Positions 30,306-40,264 are shown, numbered from the stretch's first letter. The stretch: DNA of 64,000 nt from an uncultured Brachyspira sp. (GCA_964581895.1 CAZOPR010000002.1:254185-318184), one strand, 5' to 3'. Notes: generated from the letters alone by a model not told the origin. Numbers and translations: made by a program.

Positions 30306-30535
30306 AATAATATGGCGAAATAAAAAAAATAAAAAGATAAAATAAAGAAAATACAAAGAAGATAAAAAAAATTCAATAAAAGTTAAAAAGAAAAAATAAA
30401 AAGAAAAAGTAAAAGAGAATAAAAAGAGAATAAAAAGAAAAAATAAAAAGAGAATAAAAAGAGAAAATAAAGCGAAAATAAAAAAATATTATAAAGATAA
30501 AATAGAATTAATAACCTTAAATAATAAAATCTATC
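30306..30535 (+). repeat. A/G-only low-complexity spacer with internal gagaataaaaa-type repeats
   Basis: About 230 bp almost devoid of C/T on + strand. Confidence 0.7.
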
Positions 30536-31459
30536 TTAAAACTTATAACTTAAATTCATCCCCAAATATAATCTACTGATCTCTGAAATATCTGTGATAT
30601 TATCCGAATAAAAAGAATAGATTAAAACTCCAAATGCTGGTTCAAGTTTGAAATGGTCTAAAGTAAAGATAAGATTTGCTTTTGCATAAATATATTGATG
30701 AATATAAGTTAAAGAAGATACTGTTTTTAAGTCATTGTAAGAGTAACCTAATGCTAAAACAAAACCAAATGCAGTAATTGTTGGAACATATTTTATAATC
30801 AAAGCAAGGTCGTAGGTATTTAATTTGCTGTAATTTATAGATGTAGATGTTGTATCGAAGTTATAAAGAATTGAATCATATTTGAATGCAAGACCTATGG
30901 AAAGCTGATAGATATAAAATCCTATTTCAGTATTTATATCGTATTTTTCAAATGTATCAGATTTTGGAAGTTCAACTAAAGATGAAAAGATTGGCTGAAT
31001 ATATATAGGGTTGTTTATAGAGAGAAAAAAGAAAAGAAGCGGATAAAAATCCAGCAAAATAGAAGTGAAATTTTCAAAATAAGTAAATATATTATCAAAT
31101 GAATCTGAAACTTCAACCTTAAATCTTTCTTCAAAAGTTAAAAAATCTTTAATATATGAAAAACCTAATGAAAAGCTATTTGGTTGCTTAAAATTATAGG
31201 TGTTTCTTTCAAAGAAAAAGGATAAAGAAAGATTTTGGTTAAGATTTATTGAAAAAGATAAAATTGCATTATAGAAGGTATTATTTTTGATAGAAGTAAA
31301 GGAGTTTGAATACTGAAAAGGTAAAAAGCCATAGTCAAAACCAAGGGTAATCTGCTGGGCGAAGATAATATTTGGGAAAATTGTTAAGAAAAAAAGACAA
31401 GTTATTAAAATATTTAAAAGAAAAATTTTTTTATATCTTTTGGTAAATTTTATTTTCAT
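30536..31459 (-). CDS. Putative outer-membrane beta-barrel protein
   Basis: Signal peptide from ATG 31459 (AGGAG 8 nt upstream; track start 31483 adds 8 aa), Tyr/Phe-rich, C-terminal YKF. Confidence 0.4.
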   Translation of the reverse strand: MKIKFTKRYKKIFLLNILITCLFFLTIFPNIIFAQQITLGFDYGFLPFQYSNSFTSIKNNTFYNAILSFSINLNQNLSLSFFFERNTYNFKQPNSFSLGFSYIKDFLTFEERFKVEVSDSFDNIFTYFENFTSILLDFYPLLFFFLSINNPIYIQPIFSSLVELPKSDTFEKYDINTEIGFYIYQLSIGLAFKYDSILYNFDTTSTSINYSKLNTYDLALIIKYVPTITAFGFVLALGYSYNDLKTVSSLTYIHQYIYAKANLIFTLDHFKLEPAFGVLIYSFYSDNITDISEISRLYLGMNLSYKF

Positions 31460-31665
31460 ATAAAATACTCCTGCTTTATCCATTTTATTTCAATTAATAT
31501 ATAGCCTAAAAAAAATAAAATAGCAAAATAAAAAAAATTAAATTGTTAAATTATATAAAAAAAATTTAAAAAAATATGAAAAATCACTTGACAATGAGAA
31601 AAAAGATATTATTTGTATAGTAAGCACGTTATGTGCAGAAAACAAAAAAATCGGAGGAAATTTCT

Positions 31666-32706
31666 ATGAAGAAAATTTTACTAGTTATCGCTCTTATTCT
31701 TCTTATCGCTCTCCCTCTTTTTGCTCAGGAAGTTACAGTTGAAGATTTAAACAAAAGATTAACCAAACTCGAAATGTGGAAGTTTGGTGGTCTTTACATT
31801 AACTGGATGTATGTAAGTATACCAAATTCTGGTTTTCAGTGGGGATTTTTCTATGTCCCAACAGATGGTGATGGAATGCAACTTTCTTACATTCTTCCAA
31901 GATTTACAGCTCAATACAAAAATGGTAACTTTGTTGCTTTTTTCAGATTGAGCGCTGGTAAAGACGACGGCACTTTCCCTGCAGTTGCTTGGGATAGATG
32001 GTATGTTCAGTACAATCTTGGTTTTATGACATTACAAGTTGGTAAATTCACAGTTGGTGATACAATTCAACCTGAAATGTTCTACACATTCTGGTCTTCT
32101 GGTGCTAATATAAAAGATTGGGGTTCAAATGGAGATAATGGTTTTGGACTTCATATCCCAGTTGGTCCTGCTACAATCCATTTAGTTATTCCTTCAAATT
32201 TAAGCTGGGCTACTGGTGCTGAAGCTATCAATATTCATGCGTATGTTGACGGTTCTGTTGCTGATATGCTTAATTTCATAGTTGGTATGGATTATGATAT
32301 GAATGTTGCTACAGCAATATGGGCTGGTTTTTCAGTTACTCCAATGGAAATTTTAACAATTGGTGCTAACTTTGCTATGAATATGCCAGAAGGCGGCACT
32401 TCAGATTGGGAACTTTTATGGAATATTGCAGTTACTCCAACTGAAGATATCGCTATTTACAATGAAGGTGCTTATAGAGCAGGTTTAAGTTATTTACAAA
32501 CAGCTATTTGTGTATATTACACAAGCTTATATTTAAAAGCTGCTTTAGAAATGGATCTTACAACAAGCGATATGACAATTGGTGCTGAAGTTGGTTATGA
32601 TTTGACATTCGGAAGACTTTATTTCACACCAGCTTTCTATTTAACTCTCCCACCAACTGGCGATGCTGATTATGGTTTAAAACTTTTATTCTTGGCTATT
32701 TTCTAG
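31666..32706 (+). CDS. Porin-like outer-membrane protein, likely highly expressed
   Basis: ATG 31666 preceded by GGAGGA (track start 31633 is GTG); signal peptide ending FAQEV; C-terminal LAIF; biased codon usage; strong terminator downstream. Confidence 0.45.
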   Translation: MKKILLVIALILLIALPLFAQEVTVEDLNKRLTKLEMWKFGGLYINWMYVSIPNSGFQWGFFYVPTDGDGMQLSYILPRFTAQYKNGNFVAFFRLSAGKDDGTFPAVAWDRWYVQYNLGFMTLQVGKFTVGDTIQPEMFYTFWSSGANIKDWGSNGDNGFGLHIPVGPATIHLVIPSNLSWATGAEAINIHAYVDGSVADMLNFIVGMDYDMNVATAIWAGFSVTPMEILTIGANFAMNMPEGGTSDWELLWNIAVTPTEDIAIYNEGAYRAGLSYLQTAICVYYTSLYLKAALEMDLTTSDMTIGAEVGYDLTFGRLYFTPAFYLTLPPTGDADYGLKLLFLAIF

Positions 32707-32736
32707 TTTTTTAATAATTGATATAATCTAAAAATT

Positions 32737-32768
32737 GGGTGAAAAGCTTGGCTTTTCACCCTTTTTTT
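32737..32768 (+). terminator. Rho-independent terminator
   Basis: Perfect 10-bp stem gggtgaaaag / cttttcaccc with 5-nt loop followed by T7. Confidence 0.65.
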
Positions 32769-32817
32769 ATTATTGAAAAAAAAAGAAAATAGATAATATT
32801 AAAAAAAAGGAATTTTT

Positions 32818-33408
32818 ATGAAAAAATTTTATTTTATATTTTTTGTTTTTATATTCATAATTTTAATTTCGTGTAATACTACAAATAGTTTTGTAAAGAC
32901 AAGTTGGGTAGAAAGACTAAATCAAAAAGTTATAGTTGAAAATGATTATTGTTATGCTGAATGTAGCTTTGTAGATAAAGAGGCAATGACAAAAAATATT
33001 GCATCAGAGGGGATGAATCCTTTTATCTATAGGGACCCAATAATTACAAAACAGGAATCTATATTATTTTCTCTTCTTATTATACCAAAGGTAAATTTTG
33101 AAATATATGCCCAAGAGGTTTACATTAAAACTGAAGCAGCTAGTTATCCAATACTTTTTAGTGAATATATTCTTGATCAAAATATGTATGAAAGTGAAAT
33201 TGATTCTGTAACAAAAAAGATGAAAGACTTTGTTAATAAATACTTTCTTTCAAAAAAAGAGATATATAAAAATGGTGAAAGAAAAGTTAGATTTTTATAT
33301 TCTATTGTAAATCTAGATTATAAAGGTGCTATGGTTAGGATACCTATTCATATAAATCAGGATAAAATTTCTGTATTAAATTTTATTTTCCCAGAAATAA
33401 AAAGATAA
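32818..33408 (+). CDS. Hypothetical lipoprotein
   Basis: Signal peptide with lipobox-like LISC. Confidence 0.35.
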   Translation: MKKFYFIFFVFIFIILISCNTTNSFVKTSWVERLNQKVIVENDYCYAECSFVDKEAMTKNIASEGMNPFIYRDPIITKQESILFSLLIIPKVNFEIYAQEVYIKTEAASYPILFSEYILDQNMYESEIDSVTKKMKDFVNKYFLSKKEIYKNGERKVRFLYSIVNLDYKGAMVRIPIHINQDKISVLNFIFPEIKR

Positions 33409-33527
33409 AATAAAAAAATAAAGTATAAAAGATAAAGACAATAGATAAAAAAATATTAAAAAAAAGCAAATAAAAATAAAATAAAAGTAAAAAAAATATA
33501 ACTAAGATAAAATAAAAACAAAAAAAT

Positions 33528-33839
33528 ATGCAAAAGGATAAAATCTTAAAGCGAATTGTAACTGAATGTTTCTGGGACTATGATATTGATGAAAATTATT
33601 TATCCAATGCTATAAAAAATGGTGGCTTAACCGAAAAAAGAAAAATAGCTGAAAAAATAATACTAAATATGAGACAACCTGTAGATGGGCTACTTCTATT
33701 TTCAAAGGAAGATTTAGCTAAAATATTTGAATCTTTTAATGAAAAAATCAGGAAAAAAGAAAAAGTATTACTTTTGGAAAATTGTCTTTTAGGAAAAAAT
33801 AATAAAATAGAAAAATATGAATGGAAAAAGTTGGGATAA
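33528..33839 (+). CDS. Small hypothetical protein, candidate partner of AbiEii-like NTase
   Basis: 103 aa; overlaps next gene by 23 nt in a different frame. Confidence 0.3.
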   Translation: MQKDKILKRIVTECFWDYDIDENYLSNAIKNGGLTEKRKIAEKIILNMRQPVDGLLLFSKEDLAKIFESFNEKIRKKEKVLLLENCLLGKNNKIEKYEWKKLG

Positions 33840-34476
33840 GATTTATCAACTTCAAGATAGATTATTAGATATCATTTTTTCAATAGATAATAGTTTTTAT
33901 CTTACTGGTGGAACAGCTCTACATAGATTTTATTATAATTTAAGAGTTTCTTACGATCTTGATTTTTTCTCTTCTTCAACTGAGACTTTTTATGATGAAA
34001 TAGTAAATATTTTACAAAAACTTTTAGATGAAAAAATAGAATATAAAATTATTTCGAAAGTAAAAGATTTTAGTCGTATTTTAATTGAAGATGATCTTCA
34101 AATTGATTTTGTAAATGATAGAGTTTATAGATATGGGAAAAGTAATATAATAAATAGGTTTAGAATAGATAATATCGAAAACATATTATCAAATAAGGTT
34201 TGTGCAATAATAGATAGAGACGAAGAAAAGGATTTTTTCGATTTATTTGCTATTGCAAAAAATCATTCATTTAATTGGGAAAATATTTTTAATATATGCA
34301 ATAAGAAACAGATTGTTGAAAAAGAAGTTTTTGTAGAAAGGATAAAAAGTTTTCCCCTAATATGGCTTGAAAAAATAAGATTGATACAACCTTTTGAAAT
34401 CCATAAAAGTGATATTGAAAAACTGATTGAAGATTCTATTTATGGTAAAGATAATTCGCTAATTATGAAAAAATAA
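33817..34476 (+). CDS. AbiEii/DUF1814-like nucleotidyltransferase (toxin-like)
   Basis: N-terminal motif LTGGTALHRFYYNLRVSYDLDFF (GGTAL ... RxSxDxD). Confidence 0.5.
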   Translation: MNGKSWDKIYQLQDRLLDIIFSIDNSFYLTGGTALHRFYYNLRVSYDLDFFSSSTETFYDEIVNILQKLLDEKIEYKIISKVKDFSRILIEDDLQIDFVNDRVYRYGKSNIINRFRIDNIENILSNKVCAIIDRDEEKDFFDLFAIAKNHSFNWENIFNICNKKQIVEKEVFVERIKSFPLIWLEKIRLIQPFEIHKSDIEKLIEDSIYGKDNSLIMKK

Positions 34477-34479
34477 GAT

Positions 34480-34534
34480 AAATTCAATATAAATTCAATA
34501 TAAATTCATTTTTTCTTCATAATTTCTTCATAAT
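34480..34534. repeat. Two short tandem duplications upstream of efflux operon
   Basis: aaattcaatat x2 (+ partial) and ttcttcataat x2. Confidence 0.7.
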
Positions 34535-34619
34535 TTAAGTTATAGCTTGAATTGCAAAAATATTTTAATTTAATAATATCAAATTTGTTTATGAAAGAAG
34601 ATTCTTAAAAGAAGTTTTT

Positions 34620-35927
34620 ATGAAGAAAAAAATTATTTTTATTTTAACTATATTTTTAGTTTTCATATTTTACTCACAAAATTCATTGCAGGTTTACGAT
34701 TTTGAGCAAATAAAAAATATTTCAGTTGAAAATAATCTTACATTAAAAAATTATGAAAATCAGATGAATCTTGCAAAGCTTTCTTATGATCAAGCTGTTG
34801 CAAATCTTTATCTTCCATCTATTTCAGTAAGTAGCTCGACAAATATCCCTTTTGACCCGACAAAAAGTTTATCATCCTCAGTTAACTTAAATATTTCAAA
34901 ATCAATATTTAATGGTTTTGCTCTTAGGAAAGTAAAGGATTTAGCTTATCTTAATTATCAATATAAAAAAAGTCTTTATGAAAATCAGATACTTCAAACA
35001 AAGTATCTTGCCTTCAAGTATTATTATCAATATCTAAGCAAAATTTTACAGGAAAAATTGTACTTTGAAATTTTAAGGATTAATGAAAAAAGGCTTAAAG
35101 AATACAAGGTAAAATACGATTTAGGTCTTATTACTGAACTTGATTTTACATCACTTGCCCTTACTTTTTCAAAGGTTCAAGTTTCTTATGAAAATGCTAA
35201 AAATGATATGGAACTTTCCTACCTTCAGTTGAAAAATTTTGCAAATATAGAAGGTGATTTTGAAATAATAGAGCAAAAATCAATAGATAAAATTGATTTT
35301 TCTCTTTTATTTGAAAATGAAAAGTTAGATTTAAGTAACTTAAAAGCAGTCAACCTTTTAGGTTCTGCTAAAAAATATGATGCAAACTACTTAAATTCAC
35401 TTTACCAATATTATCAATCAGAAGTAAACCTTAAATATTATTTGGCATCACTTTTCCCATCACTTTCATCAGCCTTTGGGATATCTTATTCTGGCTTGAT
35501 TAAGGATAATAGTTTAAATTTTAACGACCCTTCACTTTCTTTTTCACTTTCAATCTCTTTGGATTTAGACTCACTTTTTGGCTTTTCATCTAAAGGGATC
35601 GAGAAAAAAGTCTTAAAACAGGAGTATGAAAATGCAAAACTAAACCTTTTGAAAGCCGAAAATGATCTTCTTTTATCTCTTGAAACATCTTTTTCAAACC
35701 TGATTTTAAGCCAGAAAAACAAGGAAAATGCGGAAAATACATATAATTATGCATCAAAAGGTTATAATCTTGCTATTGATGCCTTTAACCTTGGTCAAAT
35801 TTCAGCATCAAGCTTCGCCTCCTGGGAAGAGGAGTATGTAAATGCGAAGATAACTTTGTACTCTGCAATTCTTTCATATGTGTTAAATGTCAAATCAATC
35901 GAACTTATGACTGGAAACTTTGAATAA
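34620..35927 (+). CDS. TolC-like outer membrane efflux protein
   Basis: Signal peptide; two-repeat coiled-coil/beta architecture; first gene of adaptor/ABC cluster. Confidence 0.6.
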   Translation: MKKKIIFILTIFLVFIFYSQNSLQVYDFEQIKNISVENNLTLKNYENQMNLAKLSYDQAVANLYLPSISVSSSTNIPFDPTKSLSSSVNLNISKSIFNGFALRKVKDLAYLNYQYKKSLYENQILQTKYLAFKYYYQYLSKILQEKLYFEILRINEKRLKEYKVKYDLGLITELDFTSLALTFSKVQVSYENAKNDMELSYLQLKNFANIEGDFEIIEQKSIDKIDFSLLFENEKLDLSNLKAVNLLGSAKKYDANYLNSLYQYYQSEVNLKYYLASLFPSLSSAFGISYSGLIKDNSLNFNDPSLSFSLSISLDLDSLFGFSSKGIEKKVLKQEYENAKLNLLKAENDLLLSLETSFSNLILSQKNKENAENTYNYASKGYNLAIDAFNLGQISASSFASWEEEYVNAKITLYSAILSYVLNVKSIELMTGNFE

Positions 35928-35952
35928 AACTTAAAATTTCTAAGAGGTAAAG

Positions 35953-37266
35953 ATGAAGAAAAAAATAAATAAAATACTTTTCATTCTCCTTTTAATAATT
36001 ATCATTGCTGCTATTAGTTTTTACTTTATTTATAAAAATAAGGTCGCAGCAAAAAAAAATATTGTTTTCACCACTGCTATAATCCAAAGTGGTAGCATCA
36101 CAAGTTCTGTAAGTGCATCTGGAAAGATAGAGCCAATCGATTCCTATCCTGTAATGGCTTCAATATCTGGTAAAATAGATAAGGTTCTTGTTGATTATAA
36201 TTCAAAAGTCAAAAAAGGGCAGATTTTAGCCATAATAAAACAGGATGATTATTTGTTTGCCTTGAAGCAGGCTCAGCTTAGTTACGATGAAGCAACTATA
36301 ACTTTATCAAATAAAGAGATGGATTATAATAATAATCTTGAACTTTATAAAAAAGGTTTTTTGACTTCTGCTGCACTAAAAGAATCTGAAAATAGTTATA
36401 AACTTGCACAGATAGCAGTTGAATCGGCTAAGGTTTCGCTTGAAAAGGCTAAAACAAATCTTGAAAATACATTATTAAAATCTCCAATAGATGGCTTCAT
36501 ACTTGAAAAAAATGTTGACGAAGGGGATTTTATAAGCACAAATATTTCTCAATCTGAACTTTTTGTAGTCTGTTCAGATCTTTCAAGACTGAAAATAACG
36601 GCAAATGTTGATGAATCAGATATTAGTCTTATAAAGGAAGGCCAAAAAGTCCAATTTACAGTTTTGGCTTATGATACAATGAGTTTTACAGGAGAAGTAA
36701 AACAGATAAGATTAAATTCAAATGAAAGCTCAAATGTTGTGACTTACACAGTTATAATAGAGACAAAAAATATAGATAATAAGCTACTTCCAGGGATGAC
36801 AGCTTCTATAGAATTTGTAAATCAACCAAGCGAGGGAGCATTTTTGGTTCCTCAAACATCAATATCACTAAAAGGTTTGGCGTTGCTTAAGAATATTGGA
36901 CCTTATACTGTTAATATCCCAAAAAATCAAGGGGTTAATCCTTCACAAAATCAAAATCCTTCACAAAATCAAAATCTTTTTAAAACACAAAATCCTTCTC
37001 AAAATCAAAATCCTACTCAAAATTTTAACAAAAGTTCTGATTCAAACCAACTTCAAAACAAGAATATAAAGATACTATGGGTTATAGATGAGACAAAAAA
37101 GATTGTATATCCAATTCCAGTAAAAACAGGAAATACAGATGGGAAAATGATTGAGGTCTTTTCTCCACTTTTGAAAGAAGGGATGAAAATAATTTCAAGC
37201 CTTATGACTAAAAATAAAACCAATAACCAGAACAATAATTTTGGCATGCCTCCAATTCGATTTTAG
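35953..37266 (+). CDS. Periplasmic adaptor (membrane fusion, HlyD/MacA-like) with C-terminal N/P/S/Q repeat
   Basis: N-terminal TM, coiled-coil hairpin, beta-barrel region; NPSQNQ tandem repeats near C-terminus. Confidence 0.7.
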   Translation: MKKKINKILFILLLIIIIAAISFYFIYKNKVAAKKNIVFTTAIIQSGSITSSVSASGKIEPIDSYPVMASISGKIDKVLVDYNSKVKKGQILAIIKQDDYLFALKQAQLSYDEATITLSNKEMDYNNNLELYKKGFLTSAALKESENSYKLAQIAVESAKVSLEKAKTNLENTLLKSPIDGFILEKNVDEGDFISTNISQSELFVVCSDLSRLKITANVDESDISLIKEGQKVQFTVLAYDTMSFTGEVKQIRLNSNESSNVVTYTVIIETKNIDNKLLPGMTASIEFVNQPSEGAFLVPQTSISLKGLALLKNIGPYTVNIPKNQGVNPSQNQNPSQNQNLFKTQNPSQNQNPTQNFNKSSDSNQLQNKNIKILWVIDETKKIVYPIPVKTGNTDGKMIEVFSPLLKEGMKIISSLMTKNKTNNQNNNFGMPPIRF

Positions 37267-37420
37267 GATTTTGGTTAATGTGATTTAATACTGAATTTAA
37301 TTTTTGATTTTGTAATTAATAAAGTTGTTATTTTTTTTGTTATTTGATTAAAATTAAATTTAATAAATTCTGTAATTTTTGCTTTAGGTAAAATTTTAGT
37401 ATAAAAATATAGGAAAATTG

Positions 37421-38143
37421 ATGGAAAATTCAAATAGTACTTTAATAGAAGTTATTGATTTAACAAAGATTTATGGTGTTGGTGATTCAAAAGTCATCGC
37501 ACTTGATGGAATAAACTTAAAAATATTTACTGGAGATTTTATCGCAATAATTGGTGCATCTGGTTCTGGTAAAAGCACATTTATGAATATTTTGGGAACA
37601 CTTGATATACCAACCTCAGGTAAATATCTATTTGAAAACATTAATGTTGAAAAGATGGATGATGATGAAAGAAGCTATATTAGATCGAAACATATAGGTT
37701 TTGTTTTTCAAAGTTTTAATCTTGTAAAGACATTAAATGCTGTCGAAAATGTTGAACTTCCTTTATTTTATATGAAAGATGAAAAGAAGGGAAATTTCAA
37801 TAAAAAAAGAGCTTTGATAAGAGAAAAAGCCATATCTATATTAAAAGATGTTGGACTTAGCAATAGGATTTATCATAGGACTAACCAGCTTTCAGGAGGT
37901 CAACAGCAGAGAATAGCGATAGCAAGGGCTCTTATAAATGACCCAGACCTTATTTTGGCTGATGAACCAACTGGAAATCTTGATTCAAAAACAAGTCTTG
38001 AGATTATGGAAATTTTTATCAATCTGCATAAAAATGGGAAAACTATTGTTCTTGTAACTCATGAACATGATATAGCCGCTTTTGCTAAAAAAATTGTTGA
38101 ATTTAAAGATGGGAAAATTATCGATATAAGAGAAAATATATGA
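37421..38143 (+). CDS. ABC transporter ATP-binding protein (MacB/LolD-like)
   Basis: Walker A GASGSGKST, signature LSGGQQQRIAIARAL, Walker B ILADEPTGNLD; ATG 37421 (track start 37418 is TTG). Confidence 0.85.
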   Translation: MENSNSTLIEVIDLTKIYGVGDSKVIALDGINLKIFTGDFIAIIGASGSGKSTFMNILGTLDIPTSGKYLFENINVEKMDDDERSYIRSKHIGFVFQSFNLVKTLNAVENVELPLFYMKDEKKGNFNKKRALIREKAISILKDVGLSNRIYHRTNQLSGGQQQRIAIARALINDPDLILADEPTGNLDSKTSLEIMEIFINLHKNGKTIVLVTHEHDIAAFAKKIVEFKDGKIIDIRENI

Positions 38144-39357
38144 GATTAGAAATTTTATTAAATTTTTCAGTTCGAAGTCTTTTACATAGCAAGCTTAGAA
38201 CATTTTTAACTATGCTTGGTATAATTATCGGTCTTGCTGCAATTGTAGTAATGGTAGCGATAGGACAAGGTGTTTCAAAACAGGTGCATGATCAGATCGC
38301 ATCTTTTGGGAACAACCTTTTAACTGTAATGCCAGCGCCACCTTCAAGTTCTGGAGCAAGGCAATCCACAAGCTCGGGTGTAAGATTAACGGAAGAGGAT
38401 TATTTAGCTATTAAACAAAGATCAAATTATTTAAAAGCTGTTTCTCCCTTAGTTCAAACAAGAGCTCAGGTTATAACATCTGGAGGGAACTGGAATACCA
38501 TGGTATATGGTGGAAGTACGGATTATCTTTCAATAAGAGACTGGCCTATTGAAAGTGGCAGAAATTTCACAAATGCCGAGGAAAAAGCAAAAGCAAAAGT
38601 TTGCATTATAGGAAAAACAATAGCAGAAGAGCTATTTGATGGAACAGATCCAGTAGGTTCTGAAATAAGAGTTGCAAGATTAAACCTGAAAATAATTGGG
38701 GTATTAAAGGAGAAAGGGACAAATTCTTTTGGGATGGATCAGGATGATTTAATAATAGTTCCTTATACAACATTACTCTATAGGTTAAGTAGGTTTAGAT
38801 ACATTCAACAGATACTTTGCTCTGCGATAAGTGAAGATCAGATAGATATTGCACAACAGGAAATTGAGCAGATAATGAGAGCCTCACATAGATTGGAGGA
38901 AGGAGAGGAAAATAATTTTAGAATATCAAATCAAGCCGATGTTCTTGAAGCATCTATGAATACCACAAGAACTTTGACGCTATTTTTAGCTATAGTTGCT
39001 GGGATTTCCCTTCTAGTAGGAGGCATCGGCATTATGAACATAATGCTTGTAAGTGTTGTTGAAAGGACAAAGGAGATAGGACTGCGAAGGGCAATAGGAG
39101 CAAAAAAAGTTGATATCCAGCAGCAATTTTTGATAGAAGCTCTTATCTTATGTTTGCTTGGAGGTATCATCGGAATATTCTTGGGTGTAGTAATTGTATT
39201 TTTATTGAAATTTGTTTCTACATTATCATTAGTGATTTCAGTAAATTCTATAATAATAGGTTTTGTTGTTTCTTTTGCAGTAGGTGTTTTTTTTGGGTAT
39301 TATCCTGCAAAAAAGGCTTCGGATATGAACCCTATAGATGCATTAAGATATGAATAA
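38140..39357 (+). CDS. ABC transporter permease (FtsX/MacB-type)
   Basis: N-terminal TM, large periplasmic domain, C-terminal 3 TM helices; ATGA overlap with ATPase gene. Confidence 0.8.
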   Translation: MRLEILLNFSVRSLLHSKLRTFLTMLGIIIGLAAIVVMVAIGQGVSKQVHDQIASFGNNLLTVMPAPPSSSGARQSTSSGVRLTEEDYLAIKQRSNYLKAVSPLVQTRAQVITSGGNWNTMVYGGSTDYLSIRDWPIESGRNFTNAEEKAKAKVCIIGKTIAEELFDGTDPVGSEIRVARLNLKIIGVLKEKGTNSFGMDQDDLIIVPYTTLLYRLSRFRYIQQILCSAISEDQIDIAQQEIEQIMRASHRLEEGEENNFRISNQADVLEASMNTTRTLTLFLAIVAGISLLVGGIGIMNIMLVSVVERTKEIGLRRAIGAKKVDIQQQFLIEALILCLLGGIIGIFLGVVIVFLLKFVSTLSLVISVNSIIIGFVVSFAVGVFFGYYPAKKASDMNPIDALRYE

Positions 39358-39439
39358 AATTTTATATTAAATAAAAGATAAAATTAGATAAAAGAAATAT
39401 TAAATAAAAGAAAATATTAGATAAAAGCTAAGAGTAGGT

Positions 39440-40264
39440 ATGGAAAAAATAAAATTTGCATTTTTGTTTTTCATTTTAGTTTTACCTTTATCTTTATTCT
39501 TTAATTTTGGGGCAAAAAATTTTTCAGATAATTTAATTTATGAAAGAAAAGTATATTTTTCAATCCAGTCATTTCAAAATGATAAGGCTTTTGAAAGGTA
39601 TTTAGGATTTTTGAAAAACAACAAGATAAGTGGAATAACATTTTATGGACTTCATAAAAAACTTGAGGTTAGTCCATCGGTAATTTTCGCAAAATTGAAA
39701 AATGAGATACCAGAAATTCAGATATTTATAGCAGGAGACAACTTTGATTTTTTCAATACTTTAAATGAAGATAAGAACTTGATGCAATATGTAGATGGAT
39801 TTCATATTGAGTATGAATACTGGAATTATTACAAATATAAGAAAAAAGATAGAAACGATGCTTTCAATTATTTTATAGAAGAATCAAAAAAAATTAAAAT
39901 TCTTACCAATGAAAATAAGAAAAAATTTGAAGCATATTTTGGATGGTTTAACGATGAAGAAGCAAAAAGTTTTTTACCTTTTTTTGATTCTATTTTACTT
40001 CATTCATACACGAATCAGATACAAAAAACAGGGCAATATATATTTGAAAGATTGTTGACTTTAAGTAAAATAGACTCCCAAATCCCCTGGTTTATACTAT
40101 GCTCAGCAGAAAAAGATTTTATGGAACAAACCTTAAAAGAGTACGGCCTATTTAATTTAGAAAAATTGATTCTTGAAAATATAAAACCAAGCTTTGATTA
40201 TTTAAAAAATTTTAAAGGATTTTACTGGTTTACTGGTGAGCTAGTCGAAAAAGCAATAAGATAG
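39440..40264 (+). CDS. Hypothetical secreted protein
   Basis: Signal peptide; no recognised domain. Confidence 0.3.
   Translation: MEKIKFAFLFFILVLPLSLFFNFGAKNFSDNLIYERKVYFSIQSFQNDKAFERYLGFLKNNKISGITFYGLHKKLEVSPSVIFAKLKNEIPEIQIFIAGDNFDFFNTLNEDKNLMQYVDGFHIEYEYWNYYKYKKKDRNDAFNYFIEESKKIKILTNENKKKFEAYFGWFNDEEAKSFLPFFDSILLHSYTNQIQKTGQYIFERLLTLSKIDSQIPWFILCSAEKDFMEQTLKEYGLFNLEKLILENIKPSFDYLKNFKGFYWFTGELVEKAIR

Noticed and set aside
31588-31621. Sigma-70 promoter TTGACA ... TATAGT upstream of the porin-like gene
   Set aside because: Spacing between the hexamers is about 22 nt, too long for a canonical promoter; only the -35-like hexamer is noted.
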